The translations under genes were made by a program, and so were the position numbers. Below, in pieces: positions 11,019-20,498 of a stretch of 64,000 bases of DNA. Position 1 is the stretch's first letter. Every line of letters starts with the position of its first letter. Source of the DNA: an uncultured Candidatus Rokubacteria bacterium (GTDB taxonomy: Bacteria; Methylomirabilota; Methylomirabilia; Rokubacteriales; DASRDR01). The notes beneath the pieces were generated by a model, which was given only the letters and a program-made list of their open reading frames with translations, did not search any database and was not told where the DNA came from. The stretch covers positions 288,001 to 352,000 of the forward strand of contig CAWDVE010000010.1 of NCBI GenBank assembly GCA_963805625.1, given 5' to 3'.

Positions 11019-11768
11019 ATGCCGCCCGTCCGGCTACACAAGCTCATCGCCGAAGCGGGCGTCGCGTCGCGGCGGGCCGCCGAGCGGCTGATCGTGGCGG
11101 GCCGGGTCCGAGTCAACGGCGTGCTCGTGACAGAGCTCGGTGCCCACGCCGACCCCGAACGGGACCGCGTCGAGGTCGACGGGCGGTCGCTTCCGAGAGC
11201 CGAGCCGAAGCGCTACGTGCTTCTGCACAAGCCCCCGGGGTTCCTCACCACCCGTGAGGATCTGCGGGGGCGGCCTCTCGTGTTCGACCTCGTGCCGGAG
11301 CTCGGCGTTCGCCTCCACTCGGTGGGGCGGCTCGATTTCGACGCCGAGGGGCTCCTCCTGCTGACCAACGATGGTGCCCTCACGTTCCATCTCACCCATC
11401 CCCGGCACGGCGTCCGCCGCGTCTACCACGTCCTCGTCGAGGGACGCCTCGAGCCGGACGTGCTGCGGGCGCTCGAGCGTGGGGTGGTCCTGGAAGACGG
11501 GCCGGGCCGCGTCGACCGCGCTCGGAGGCTGCGTGGCGAGGGTACCGGGCGAAACTGGGTCGAGCTCAGCCTGTCCGAGGGGCGGTACCGGGAAGTCAAG
11601 CGGCTCTGCCGCGCGGTGGGCCTCGTCGTGCAGCGCCTCCGGCGGGTCGCCTTCGGGCCGCTCGAGCTGGGGGACCTGCCGTTGGGGCAGTGGAGGGAGC
11701 TGACGCCGGCCGAGGTGAGGAGTCTGGCGGCCGCGGGGCGGGGCGACCTTTCCAGTCGCGGGCGCTAG
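11019..11768 (+). CDS. rluB: 23S rRNA pseudouridine synthase (RluB/RsuA family)
   Basis: S4 domain (SRRAAERLI), GRLDFDAEGLLLLTNDG; follows scpAB. Confidence 0.85.
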   Translation: MPPVRLHKLIAEAGVASRRAAERLIVAGRVRVNGVLVTELGAHADPERDRVEVDGRSLPRAEPKRYVLLHKPPGFLTTREDLRGRPLVFDLVPELGVRLHSVGRLDFDAEGLLLLTNDGALTFHLTHPRHGVRRVYHVLVEGRLEPDVLRALERGVVLEDGPGRVDRARRLRGEGTGRNWVELSLSEGRYREVKRLCRAVGLVVQRLRRVAFGPLELGDLPLGQWRELTPAEVRSLAAAGRGDLSSRGR

Positions 11769-12269
11769 CCCAAGATGGACCGATGGAGGGACATGAGCCG
11801 CTCTTGCCGAAGGGGTTGCATCACAGATCGGTTCCGCGGCGCGCGCTGAACCGGGCTGGTCGCTACGAGGTAGGGCCCAGAGCGCATTCGCGAGTTTCGC
11901 CCCGCTTGCACGACGCGGTGATCGAGATCCTGAGGCTCGTCGGCCCGTGACGGGCGCGCGGTCGCCCCATAGACCGTGGGCGCGAAGCGCACGAATCTTG
12001 TGCGGCCTGACCGACTCCACTATCATATGAGGCAAGCGCGCACTGAGTCAGTTTCTGGTCAGCCGCCTGCCGGAGTGAAGCGATCGAGACCTTCGAGTTC
12101 CCGTCAAGAGGTCGAAGCATGAAGATGCTGCCCAATGTCGATATCCCCCATGAGTCGTTCAACAGCCTTGTGCGGGCCGGTACTGCAGGAGACACGATCA
12201 ACAGCATTCTCGAGAGCCTCAAGCCGCAGGCGGCCGAGCAGTGGACCTAGCAGCCGGATCGCCCGGGGC

Positions 12270-12737
12270 ATGATTCCCGATCGAGTGGTCGAGGTCCTGC
12301 ATGGCCCAGTGTTCATTCAAATCGGGACCCGAGACGAGGCGCTTCGGCCTGCGCACACCTTTGCTGTGGGGGCAGTGGTCCACGAGGACCGGCAGACGGT
12401 GACGGTCTTCGTCCCGACCGCTCGCGCGGCGCGCGTCCTGCGCGATCTGACGGAGAACGGTCGGATGGCGCTCGGTGTCGCGCTCGCCAACCACGAGGCC
12501 TACCAGCTCAAGGGAACATACCTCTCATCCCGACCCACGGATGACGCAGACCGGGCCCGCCAGGAGGTGTACCGCAGCGCGCTGTTGGCGTCTGCCCTCG
12601 CGGCCGGCTTCCCGGACGCGATTGCGCGGCCGCTGACCCTCGGCCTTGCCTACACGCCGGGCGTCGCGATCACCTTTCGGGTGGCGGAGGTTTTTCTACA
12701 GACTCCGGGGCCCGGTGCCGGGACCCTCTTGTCCTAG
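12270..12737 (+). CDS. Pyridoxamine-5'-phosphate-oxidase-like (split-barrel) protein
   Basis: IGTRDEALRP, LRDLTENGRMAL, YQLKG and VFLQTPGPGAG signature. Confidence 0.7.
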   Translation: MIPDRVVEVLHGPVFIQIGTRDEALRPAHTFAVGAVVHEDRQTVTVFVPTARAARVLRDLTENGRMALGVALANHEAYQLKGTYLSSRPTDDADRARQEVYRSALLASALAAGFPDAIARPLTLGLAYTPGVAITFRVAEVFLQTPGPGAGTLLS

Positions 12738-12752
12738 GAGAAGCAGCGGTTC

Positions 12753-13187
12753 ATGGGCCTCTTACCAGACGAGATCAAGCCGGCCCTGCAGGGTGTGATT
12801 CCGTCGCACGTCGTGACGTGCTCGCGGGACGGCACGCCGAACGCGAGCGCGATTTCGCAGGTCTACTACGTCGATCCCGATCACGTGGCGCTCTCCCACC
12901 AGTTCTTCAACAAGACCAAGCGCAACATCGAGGAGAATTCTCAGGCCGCGGCATGGGTGATCAGTCCCGAGACCTTCGAGACGTGGGACCTCGAACTGGA
13001 GTTCGTCCGGTCCGACATCAGCGGGCCGATCTTCGACGTCATGGAGATGCAGATCGAGGCCATCGCCTCCATGGTTGGAATGAAGGGCATCTTCAAGCTT
13101 CGGGCCGCTGACATCTTCCGGGTGGCGGCCGTGAGGAAGACCGTCGGAGAGCGCATCCCGCTAGCGGAGATTCCCGGGCCTCGCTGA
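12753..13187 (+). CDS. Pyridoxamine-5'-phosphate-oxidase-like (split-barrel) protein
   Basis: TCSRDGTPN...SQVYYVD..HVALSHQFFNKTKRNI; AGGAGA RBS upstream. Confidence 0.8.
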   Translation: MGLLPDEIKPALQGVIPSHVVTCSRDGTPNASAISQVYYVDPDHVALSHQFFNKTKRNIEENSQAAAWVISPETFETWDLELEFVRSDISGPIFDVMEMQIEAIASMVGMKGIFKLRAADIFRVAAVRKTVGERIPLAEIPGPR

Positions 13188-13202
13188 CGTCACAATACGA
13201 CA

Positions 13203-14498
13203 GTGGCTGCTGATCCCCGCGATCCGTCCGCGCTCCGTGAGCAAGTCGCCAAGAATCAGCAGACGATCGACCGCCTGAACCGCGACCTTGCCAGGAAGTC
13301 CAACGACGTCCGGATCATCCAGCAGATCTCCTCCGAGATCACTTCCACGCTAGACCTTGACGAGGTCCTGGAGATTATCCTCCGGGCGATGGATCGCGTC
13401 CTCGGCTTCACGCACTCCATGATCCTCCTCAAGGACCTGGTCGCCGACCTCCTAAGCGTCGCGGCGACCCGCGGTTACACCGACGAGGGCGCCGGGGCTC
13501 AGGTGCGTTTGGGAGAGGGCGTCATCGGCGTGGTCGGCGAGCGCCGGAAGATGATGCGGATCGGGAACATCGGCGCCAGCATGCGCTACCTGAAGAGCGT
13601 GCGCGCGCGGATGGAAGCCGCGGGCGAGGTCGGCCCCGGAGAGGCGACGGCTTCGATGCCGGGCCTACCGGACGCGCAGAGCCAGCTTGCCCTGCCCCTC
13701 ACCGTCAAGGACCACCTCGTGGGCGTCCTGGTCGTGGAGAGCCGAACGCCGAACGCCTTCGACGAGCTGGACGAAGTCCTCCTAAGCATCGTCGGGAACC
13801 AGGCGGCGACTGCCATCGACAACGCACGTACCTACCGAATGGTTGAGCAGCTGGGCCGCCTGAAGCGCTTCTTCTCGCCCCAGCTGGCCGAGCTGATCAT
13901 CCGGGGCGGGGCGGACGATCCCCTGAAGACGCACCGGCGAGAGGTTACGGTCGTCTTCCTCGACCTCCGCGGGTTTACCGCCTTCGCGGAGACCTCCGAG
14001 CCCGAGGAGCTGATGGGGGTACTGCGCGAGTACCATGCCGAGATGGGCAAGCTGATCCTCGCCCACGAGGGGACTCTGGAGCGGTTCACAGGCGACGGGA
14101 TGATGGTCTTCTTCAACGACCCCCTCCCGATGCCGGACGCCGCGGAACGCGCCGTGCGCATGGCGGTGGCCATGCGGGAACGGGCCGCCGAGCTGGCGGT
14201 ACGCTGGCACCGCAGCGGCTACGAGCTTGACCTCGGCATCGGCGTCGCCAAGGGGTTCGCCACCATCGGCGCCATTGGCTTCGAGGGGCGCTGGGACTAC
14301 GGCGCGATCGGCACCGTCACCAACCTGGCTGCGCGTCTCTGCGGCGAGGCCAAGCCCGGCCAGATCCTGATCTCGCCCCGACTTCTCCCGGAGCTGGAGC
14401 AGCTCCTGGAGGTCGAGGAGGTGGGACTCCTGGCCGTCAAGGGTCTGGCGAGACCGGTGAAAGCGGTGAACATCGTGAGGCTCCGGGACCCCGCCTGA
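13203..14498 (+). CDS. Coiled-coil + GAF + class III adenylate/guanylate cyclase
   Basis: GAF motif GEGVIGVV; cyclase motifs VFLDLRGFT, RFTGDGMMVFF and GTVTNLAARLC. Confidence 0.9.
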   Translation: MAADPRDPSALREQVAKNQQTIDRLNRDLARKSNDVRIIQQISSEITSTLDLDEVLEIILRAMDRVLGFTHSMILLKDLVADLLSVAATRGYTDEGAGAQVRLGEGVIGVVGERRKMMRIGNIGASMRYLKSVRARMEAAGEVGPGEATASMPGLPDAQSQLALPLTVKDHLVGVLVVESRTPNAFDELDEVLLSIVGNQAATAIDNARTYRMVEQLGRLKRFFSPQLAELIIRGGADDPLKTHRREVTVVFLDLRGFTAFAETSEPEELMGVLREYHAEMGKLILAHEGTLERFTGDGMMVFFNDPLPMPDAAERAVRMAVAMRERAAELAVRWHRSGYELDLGIGVAKGFATIGAIGFEGRWDYGAIGTVTNLAARLCGEAKPGQILISPRLLPELEQLLEVEEVGLLAVKGLARPVKAVNIVRLRDPA

Positions 14499-14499
14499 C

Positions 14500-14634
14500 C
14501 GCCCTCGGCGGGTCACTTTCGGGTCGCTCGAGCTGGGCGAGCTGCCGCCAGGGCAGTGGAGGGAGCTGACGCTGGTCGAGGTGGCCCGTCTGGCCGCTTT
14601 CCGGGCCGAGGCGCCATCCCGCCCTCCGTTCTGA
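14500..14634 (+). repeat. Diverged duplicate of the rluB 3' end (copy of ~11634-11717)
   Basis: cgggtcactttcgggtcgctcgagctgggcgagctgccgccagggcagtggagggagctgacg matches rluB cgggtcgccttcgggccgctcgagctgggggacctgccgttggggcagtggagggagctgacg; reads RVTFGSLELGELPPGQWRELT...PF*. Confidence 0.9.
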
Positions 14635-14707
14635 GCCGGCTGCTGTCGGTCTTCGCGGAAGGGGCCCCTCCGGCCCTCTCTCGGGGCCGCCCCTGGCGGG
14701 GGCTTGC

Positions 14708-14736
14708 TTGCGTGGCGCCTATCCCTGGCCTATACT
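14708..14736 (+). promoter_or_regulatory. Putative sigma70 promoter of the pheA operon
   Basis: TTGCGT-17 bp-TATACT, ~36 bp upstream of the pheA ATG. Confidence 0.6.
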
Positions 14737-14772
14737 ATGCGGGCTTTTCTACGCCCCCCTCCTGGAGATTTG

Positions 14773-15837
14773 ATGGGTTTGGATGAATGGCGAGCACGTA
14801 TCGATGAAATCGACCGCCAACTCCTCCGGTTGCTCAGCCAACGGGCGGAGCTCTCGCTCGAGATTGGCCGCGCGAAGCGAGAGGCCGGTGAGCCGGTCCT
14901 GGTCCCCGAGCGCGAGCAGGAGATCCTCGACGAACTGGCTCGTCTGAACCCGGGGCCGCTGCCTGCCGGGGCGATCCGCGCGATCTGGTCCGAGGTCCTG
15001 TCGGCTTCTCGCTGTCTCCAGCGGCCGTTCCGCGTGGCCTACCTCGGCCCCCAGGGAACTAACACGCATCTGGCCGCGCTCCGGCACTTCGGCTCGAGCG
15101 CCGAGTTCCTGCCCGCGCGCGGCATTCCCGAGGTCTTCGAGGAAGTCGAGCGCGGCCGGGCGGACGTCGGAGTCGTGCCGATCGAGAACTCGAGCGAGGG
15201 GGTGGTGAACCACACCCTCGACGGGCTGATCGACTCGGAGCTCCTGATCTGCGGAGAGGTGTCGCTCGAGATTCACCACAACCTCCTCTCCCGCGCCGCC
15301 GATCTCGGCGACGTCAAGCGTGTCTTCTCGCATCCCCAGGCCCTGGCCCAGTGTCGCGGCTGGCTCAACCGGCACGTGCCGGACGCCGAGGTGGTGGAGA
15401 TGGCGTCCACGTCGATGGCGGCGGAGCAGGCCGCGCTCGACGCCTCCACGGCGGCGGTGGCGAGCGAGTTGGCCGGCCAGCTGTACCGCATCCCCGCGCT
15501 TCGCGAGCGCATCGAGGACTACGCGAACAACGTCACCCGGTTCCTCGTGATCGGCCGCCGGGCCGCCGGCCGGACGGGACGGGACAAGACCTCGATCCTG
15601 TTCTCGATCCGCGACGAGGTAGGTACGCTCCACCGGATCCTGGAGCCGTTCGCGCGCGCGCGCCTGAGCCTCACGAAGATCGAGTCGCGGCCCACCCGGC
15701 GACGACCGTGGGAGTACGTCTTTTTCGTGGACTTCGAGGGCCACCGGGACGACCCGGTGACGCAGGGCGTGCTGGCGGCCGTCCGCGAGCGCTGTCTCTT
15801 TCTCAAGGTTCTCGGGTCGTACCCGGTGCTGGTGTGA
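14773..15837 (+). CDS. pheA: Chorismate mutase / prephenate dehydratase
   Basis: N-terminal CM domain; AYLGPQGT, PIENSSEG, SHPQALAQC, NVTRF and KIESRP motifs. Confidence 0.97.
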   Translation: MGLDEWRARIDEIDRQLLRLLSQRAELSLEIGRAKREAGEPVLVPEREQEILDELARLNPGPLPAGAIRAIWSEVLSASRCLQRPFRVAYLGPQGTNTHLAALRHFGSSAEFLPARGIPEVFEEVERGRADVGVVPIENSSEGVVNHTLDGLIDSELLICGEVSLEIHHNLLSRAADLGDVKRVFSHPQALAQCRGWLNRHVPDAEVVEMASTSMAAEQAALDASTAAVASELAGQLYRIPALRERIEDYANNVTRFLVIGRRAAGRTGRDKTSILFSIRDEVGTLHRILEPFARARLSLTKIESRPTRRRPWEYVFFVDFEGHRDDPVTQGVLAAVRERCLFLKVLGSYPVLV

Positions 15838-15847
15838 GGCGCGCGAC

Positions 15848-16963
15848 GTGAGCGCCGCCTGGGAGCGCCTGGTCAACGAGCCGATCCTGGACATCCATCC
15901 CTACCAGCCCGGCAAGCCTATCGAGGAGCTCGAGCGGGAGCTCGGTATCCCGGGAGCGGTCAAGCTGGCGTCGAACGAGAACCCCTTCCCGCCGCCGCCC
16001 GGCGTGCTGGAGGCGCTCCGGAAGACGCTCGCCGGGCTCCACCGGTACCCGGACGGTTCCGGCTATTACCTCCGGCAGGCTCTCGCGAAGAAGCACGGAG
16101 TATCCCCCGAGTCGATCGTGCTGGGGAACGGCTCTAACGAGCTGATCGAGCTCCTCGCCCGGACGTTCGTGCGACCCGGCGAGGAAGTCGTCCTCCCGCA
16201 CCCCTCGTTCGTCGTCTATCCGTCGATCGTCCAGGCCGTTGGCGGAACTCGCGTGGTGGTGACGCTGAAGGAGCACCGGATCGACCTGTCGAAAATGCGC
16301 CACGCGGTCACCGCGCTCACGAAGATGGTGTTCATCGCCAACCCGAACAACCCGACGGGCACGATCGTGACGGCGGAAGAAGTCGAGACGTTCCTCGACA
16401 AGGTGCCGGGCCACGTGATCGTCGTGTTCGACGAGGCCTACTACGACTTCGCCGCCGGTCCGGACTTCCCGGACACGCTGGGCCACGTTCGGCACGGGAG
16501 GCGCGTCGTCGTCCTGCGGACGTTCTCGAAGATGGCGAGCCTGGCGGGGCTCCGGGTGGGCTATGCCGTCGCCGACCCCGATTGCATCGCGCTCGTGAAC
16601 CGCATCCGCCAGCCGTTCAACGTGAACACGCTGGCCCAGGTCGCGGCGCTCGCCGCCCTGGGAGACGAGTCTCACGTTCAGCGATCCGTCGAGGCCGTGC
16701 GCGAGGGCGTGCGAAGCCTGGCGGCGGCGCTCACCGCCCTGGGCGTCCGCCACGTCCCGAGCCGCGCCAACTTCGTCCTCGCCGAGTTCGACGATGCGAC
16801 GCGAGTGTACGAGCAGCTCCTCAAGCTCGGCTTGATCGTGCGTCCAATGACGAGCTTCGGCCTCGAGCGGGCGCTCCGGATCACGGTCGGGACGCCCGGG
16901 GAGAACGCACGGCTGGTAGAGGCGCTACGGACGGTGCTCGGGAAGGGAGCCGCCCACTCGTGA
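15848..16963 (+). CDS. hisC: Histidinol-phosphate aminotransferase
   Basis: KLASNENP, NPNNPTG, DEAY and RTFSK motifs. Confidence 0.95.
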   Translation: MSAAWERLVNEPILDIHPYQPGKPIEELERELGIPGAVKLASNENPFPPPPGVLEALRKTLAGLHRYPDGSGYYLRQALAKKHGVSPESIVLGNGSNELIELLARTFVRPGEEVVLPHPSFVVYPSIVQAVGGTRVVVTLKEHRIDLSKMRHAVTALTKMVFIANPNNPTGTIVTAEEVETFLDKVPGHVIVVFDEAYYDFAAGPDFPDTLGHVRHGRRVVVLRTFSKMASLAGLRVGYAVADPDCIALVNRIRQPFNVNTLAQVAALAALGDESHVQRSVEAVREGVRSLAAALTALGVRHVPSRANFVLAEFDDATRVYEQLLKLGLIVRPMTSFGLERALRITVGTPGENARLVEALRTVLGKGAAHS

Positions 16964-17811
16964 GCGCGCCCCGCTGGCCGCGCCTGACGGTCGTGGGCCC
17001 GGGCCTCATCGGGGGTTCGGTTGCCCGGGGTGTCCGGGCCCGAGGGCTGGCCCGCGAGGTGGTCGTGGTGGCGCGGCACGAGGCCGCGATCCGGGTGGCG
17101 CTCGACGCTGGGGCGGCCGACATGGGCACGACCGACCTGGCAGCGGGCGTCGCGGGTGCGAGCCTGGTCGTGCTGTGCGCGCCGGTGGGAGCCCTGCCGG
17201 GCCTCGTTCGCGCCGCGTGGCCGCATCTCGCGCCCGGCGCGGTCCTGACCGACGCCGGCAGCGTGAAGCGGAGCGTGGTCGACGCGGCGCGCGGATGTCC
17301 GGCTCGGGCGGGGATGAGCTTCGTCGGCGGGCACCCGATGGCCGGCTCCGAGCGCTCGGGCTTCGAGGCATCGGCGGCGGACCTCTTCGATGGGCGGCTC
17401 GCGCTCCTGACGCCCACCCCCGACACGCCCGAATCCGCGGTCCTGACCGCGACCGCTCTCTGGGAGGGACTCGGGAGCACAGTGCGGCGGCTCTCCCCGG
17501 AGGCCCACGACCATCTGGTCGCCCAGATCAGCCACCTGCCGCACCTGGCGGCCTACGCGCTGGTCTCGGCGGCTGACGGGGACGCGCTCCCTCTCGCGGG
17601 GCGCGGCTTCATCGACACGACGCGCATCGCGGCGTCCGCCGAGGCGCTCTGGGGGGACATCTTCCGCGAGAACAGGGGACCGCTGCTCGACGCGCTCGCG
17701 CGCTACGAGACGGTCCTCGGACGCTGGCGCGAGCTCGCGGCGCGCGGCGACTGGGCGACCCTCGAGGCGGAGCTCGGACGCGCCCGCGAGGTTCGGGAGA
17801 AGCTCGCGTGA
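16960..17811 (+). CDS. tyrA: Prephenate dehydrogenase
   Basis: GPGLIGGS, DAGSVK, GGHPMAGSE and SHLPHL motifs. Confidence 0.93.
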   Translation: MSAPRWPRLTVVGPGLIGGSVARGVRARGLAREVVVVARHEAAIRVALDAGAADMGTTDLAAGVAGASLVVLCAPVGALPGLVRAAWPHLAPGAVLTDAGSVKRSVVDAARGCPARAGMSFVGGHPMAGSERSGFEASAADLFDGRLALLTPTPDTPESAVLTATALWEGLGSTVRRLSPEAHDHLVAQISHLPHLAAYALVSAADGDALPLAGRGFIDTTRIAASAEALWGDIFRENRGPLLDALARYETVLGRWRELAARGDWATLEAELGRAREVREKLA

Positions 17812-19133
17812 ACGCCGTCGTCCGTCCCGTCCGACACATCGCCGGCACGATCTCCGTGCCTGGCGACAAGTCGGTGTCGCACCGCGCCGCGCTCCTCGGA
17901 GCGCTCGCCGACGGGCTCACCGAGGTGCAGGGCTTCCTCGAGGGCGAGGACTGCCTGGCGACTCTGCGAGCCGTCGCGGCGCTCGGCGCCGAGGTGGCGC
18001 GAAAGGGCCCCGGGCACTTCGTGATCCAGGGGGCAGGGCAGGAGGGGCTCACGGAGCCGGGTGACGTCGTCGACTGTGGGAACTCCGGGACCATGGCGCG
18101 GCTCCTGGTGGGTGTCCTGGCGGGCCAGCCATTCACCACGGTGCTGACGGGCGACGAGTCGCTCCGCCGGCGCCCCATGGATCGCGTGATGGAGCCGCTC
18201 ACGCGGATGGGCGCCCGTGTCGTCGGGAGGCGGGGCGGCGCCAGGCTGCCGCTGGCAATCGTCGGCGCGCGGCCGCTTCACCCCATCCGCCACGTCTCGC
18301 CGGTGGCGAGCGCGCAGGTGAAGTCGGCCGTGCTCCTGGCCGGGCTTTCGGCGTCCGGGCCGGTGAGTGTGGTGGAGCCGGTCCGGAGTCGCGACCACAC
18401 CGAGCGGATGCTGACCGCGTTCGGTGGGGACGTCCGGCTGGACGGCGAGACGGTCACGGTGGTCCCGGGCCGCCGGCTAGTGGGCCGTCTCTGCCGCGTG
18501 CCGGGCGACATCTCGTCGGCCGCGTTCTTCCTTGTCGCAGGCGCGGTCGCCCCGGACGGGGCGGTGACCGTCCGGGGAGTGGGTGTCAACCCCACCCGGA
18601 CCGGAGCGCTCGACGTCCTCGAGGCGATGGGAGCGCGAGTCGACGTCGCGGCGCGCGAGGGGGACGGCGAGCCGATCGCGGATCTCCGGATCGGACCGGG
18701 GCCTCTTCGCGGGGTCGAGATAGGCGGCACACTCGTGCCACGGGCCATCGACGAGATGCCGATCCTGGCCGTGGCCGCGGCCTGCGCGGAGGGCCCCACC
18801 GTCGTGCGCGACGCGGCCGAGCTTCGCGTGAAGGAATCGGACCGGATCCGCGCCATTGCGTCGGAGCTCGGCAAGATGGGCGTTGCGATCGAGGAGCGAC
18901 CGGATGGCTTCCGCGTCGCGGGCCGCTCCGCGGGAGCCGCGGCGCCGTTCCGCGGGGCCCGAGTGTCGAGCTGGGGCGACCACCGCCTCGCGATGGCGCT
19001 CGTGGTGGCCGGGCTCCTGGCGGACGGTCCGACCCTGGTCGAGGGAATCGACTGCATCGCCACCTCCTATCCGGACTTCGTGGCCACGTGCCGCGCCCTG
19101 GCCGGCGAGGATGCCGTCGAGGTGGTGGCGTGA
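17808..19133 (+). CDS. aroA: EPSP synthase
   Basis: PGDKSVSHR, GNSGT, SAQVKSA, RVKESDR and DHRLAM motifs. Confidence 0.97.
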   Translation: MNAVVRPVRHIAGTISVPGDKSVSHRAALLGALADGLTEVQGFLEGEDCLATLRAVAALGAEVARKGPGHFVIQGAGQEGLTEPGDVVDCGNSGTMARLLVGVLAGQPFTTVLTGDESLRRRPMDRVMEPLTRMGARVVGRRGGARLPLAIVGARPLHPIRHVSPVASAQVKSAVLLAGLSASGPVSVVEPVRSRDHTERMLTAFGGDVRLDGETVTVVPGRRLVGRLCRVPGDISSAAFFLVAGAVAPDGAVTVRGVGVNPTRTGALDVLEAMGARVDVAAREGDGEPIADLRIGPGPLRGVEIGGTLVPRAIDEMPILAVAAACAEGPTVVRDAAELRVKESDRIRAIASELGKMGVAIEERPDGFRVAGRSAGAAAPFRGARVSSWGDHRLAMALVVAGLLADGPTLVEGIDCIATSYPDFVATCRALAGEDAVEVVA

Positions 19134-19819
19134 GGCCCAGTGACAGCGCCGGCGAGCCGGGCCGGGACGTGGTCGTGACGATCGACGGCCCCGCCGGAGC
19201 CGGGAAGAGCACGGTGGCGCGCCGGCTGGCCGAACGGCTCGGCTTCACTTACGTCAACAGCGGCGCGATCTACCGGGCGGTCGCCTGGCGCGCCTCCCAG
19301 GGCGTCCCCGTCGAGGCCGTGCTCCGGAGCCTCAGCGTCGAGTTCGTGCCGACTCCGGGCGGGCAGCGTGTGCGCGTCGACGGTCAGGACGTGACCGAGA
19401 CGCTCTACTCGCCCGCGGTGAGCGAGCGCGCCGCCACGCTGTCCCGGCGCCCGGCCGTCCGGGAGTTCGCGGACCAGCTCCAGCGCGAGCATGCGGCACG
19501 GGGTCCGGTCGTGGTCGAGGGACGGGACGCGGGCACGGTGGTCTTCCCGGAGGCGGAGTGCAAGTTCTACCTGGACGCGTCGCCGGACGCGCGCGCCCGG
19601 CGCCGCTTCGCGGAGCAGCGGGGCGGCGGTGGAGCGGCCGACCTGGAAGCCATCCGGGTCGCCATCGGGGCCCGGGACGACGCGGACCGGACGCGCTCGG
19701 TCGCCCCCCTCGCGCAGAGCGCCGACGCGTCGTACGTCGACTCGAGCGACATGACGGTGGACGAGGTCGTGGAGCTGATGGCGAAGGAGGTCGAGCGGGC
19801 GTGCTCTACGCGACCCTGA
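19130..19819 (+). CDS. cmk: Cytidylate kinase
   Basis: IDGPAGAGKST and EGRDAGTVVFP motifs. Confidence 0.95.
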   Translation: MRPSDSAGEPGRDVVVTIDGPAGAGKSTVARRLAERLGFTYVNSGAIYRAVAWRASQGVPVEAVLRSLSVEFVPTPGGQRVRVDGQDVTETLYSPAVSERAATLSRRPAVREFADQLQREHAARGPVVVEGRDAGTVVFPEAECKFYLDASPDARARRRFAEQRGGGGAADLEAIRVAIGARDDADRTRSVAPLAQSADASYVDSSDMTVDEVVELMAKEVERACSTRP

Positions 19820-20481
19820 AGGTGATGATCGCCGCGTTCAGCCGCGTCCTGTTCCGCCTCTCGGTGGTCGGTGCGGACCGGGTGCCCCGGGAGGGCCGCC
19901 TGCTCCTGGCCTCCAACCACCTGAGCGTGCTGGACCCGGCGCTGATCGGCGCCGTGATGCCGCGCGAGCTCGACTACATGGCGAAGACCGAGCTGTTCCG
20001 CATCCCGGGGTTCGGCGCGCTCATCCGGCGGCTGAACGCGCATCCCGTGGATCGGAGCGGATCAGATTCGGCGGCGCTTCGCCTCGCGCTCCGGCTGCTC
20101 GGCGACGGTCGAGCCGTGCTGGTCTTCCCGGAGGGGACGCGAGGCACCGAGGGGCACCTCCAGCCGGCCCGGCCCGGTGCCGGGATGCTCGCCGCGCTCT
20201 CGGGGGCGCCGGTGGTGCCCGTCTACGTCCAGGGCTCGGGCCGGGCGCTGCCGCGGGGCGCGGTGCTGCCGCGTCCGGCCCGGGTGACGGTGACGTTCGG
20301 CGTGCCGATCAGATTCGTCCGCAAGCGCGGGAGAACGCGGTACCAGGAGGTCAGCGACGAGATTATGGCGGCCGTCGGCCGCCTGAAGACGGAGGCCGAG
20401 CGGGGGCGTCCCGCCGCCGCCGAGGACACACGCACGGATCCCACGACCCCGGGGCGAGCCCTGGCAGGTCGAATTCACTGA
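19801..20481 (+). CDS. plsC: 1-acyl-sn-glycerol-3-phosphate acyltransferase
   Basis: SNHLSVLD and FPEGTR motifs. Confidence 0.9.
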   Translation: MLYATLKVMIAAFSRVLFRLSVVGADRVPREGRLLLASNHLSVLDPALIGAVMPRELDYMAKTELFRIPGFGALIRRLNAHPVDRSGSDSAALRLALRLLGDGRAVLVFPEGTRGTEGHLQPARPGAGMLAALSGAPVVPVYVQGSGRALPRGAVLPRPARVTVTFGVPIRFVRKRGRTRYQEVSDEIMAAVGRLKTEAERGRPAAAEDTRTDPTTPGRALAGRIH

Positions 20482-20498
20482 ACGGAGGAACAACAGGA

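Noticed and set aside
11775-12260. Short ORFs between rluB and the first PNPOx-like gene
   Set aside because: No recognisable motifs or RBS; possibly decayed remnants
11634-14634. Diversity-generating retroelement TR/VR interpretation of the rluB repeat or the 49-bp repeats
   Set aside because: No reverse transcriptase in the window, and the mismatches are not confined to adenines
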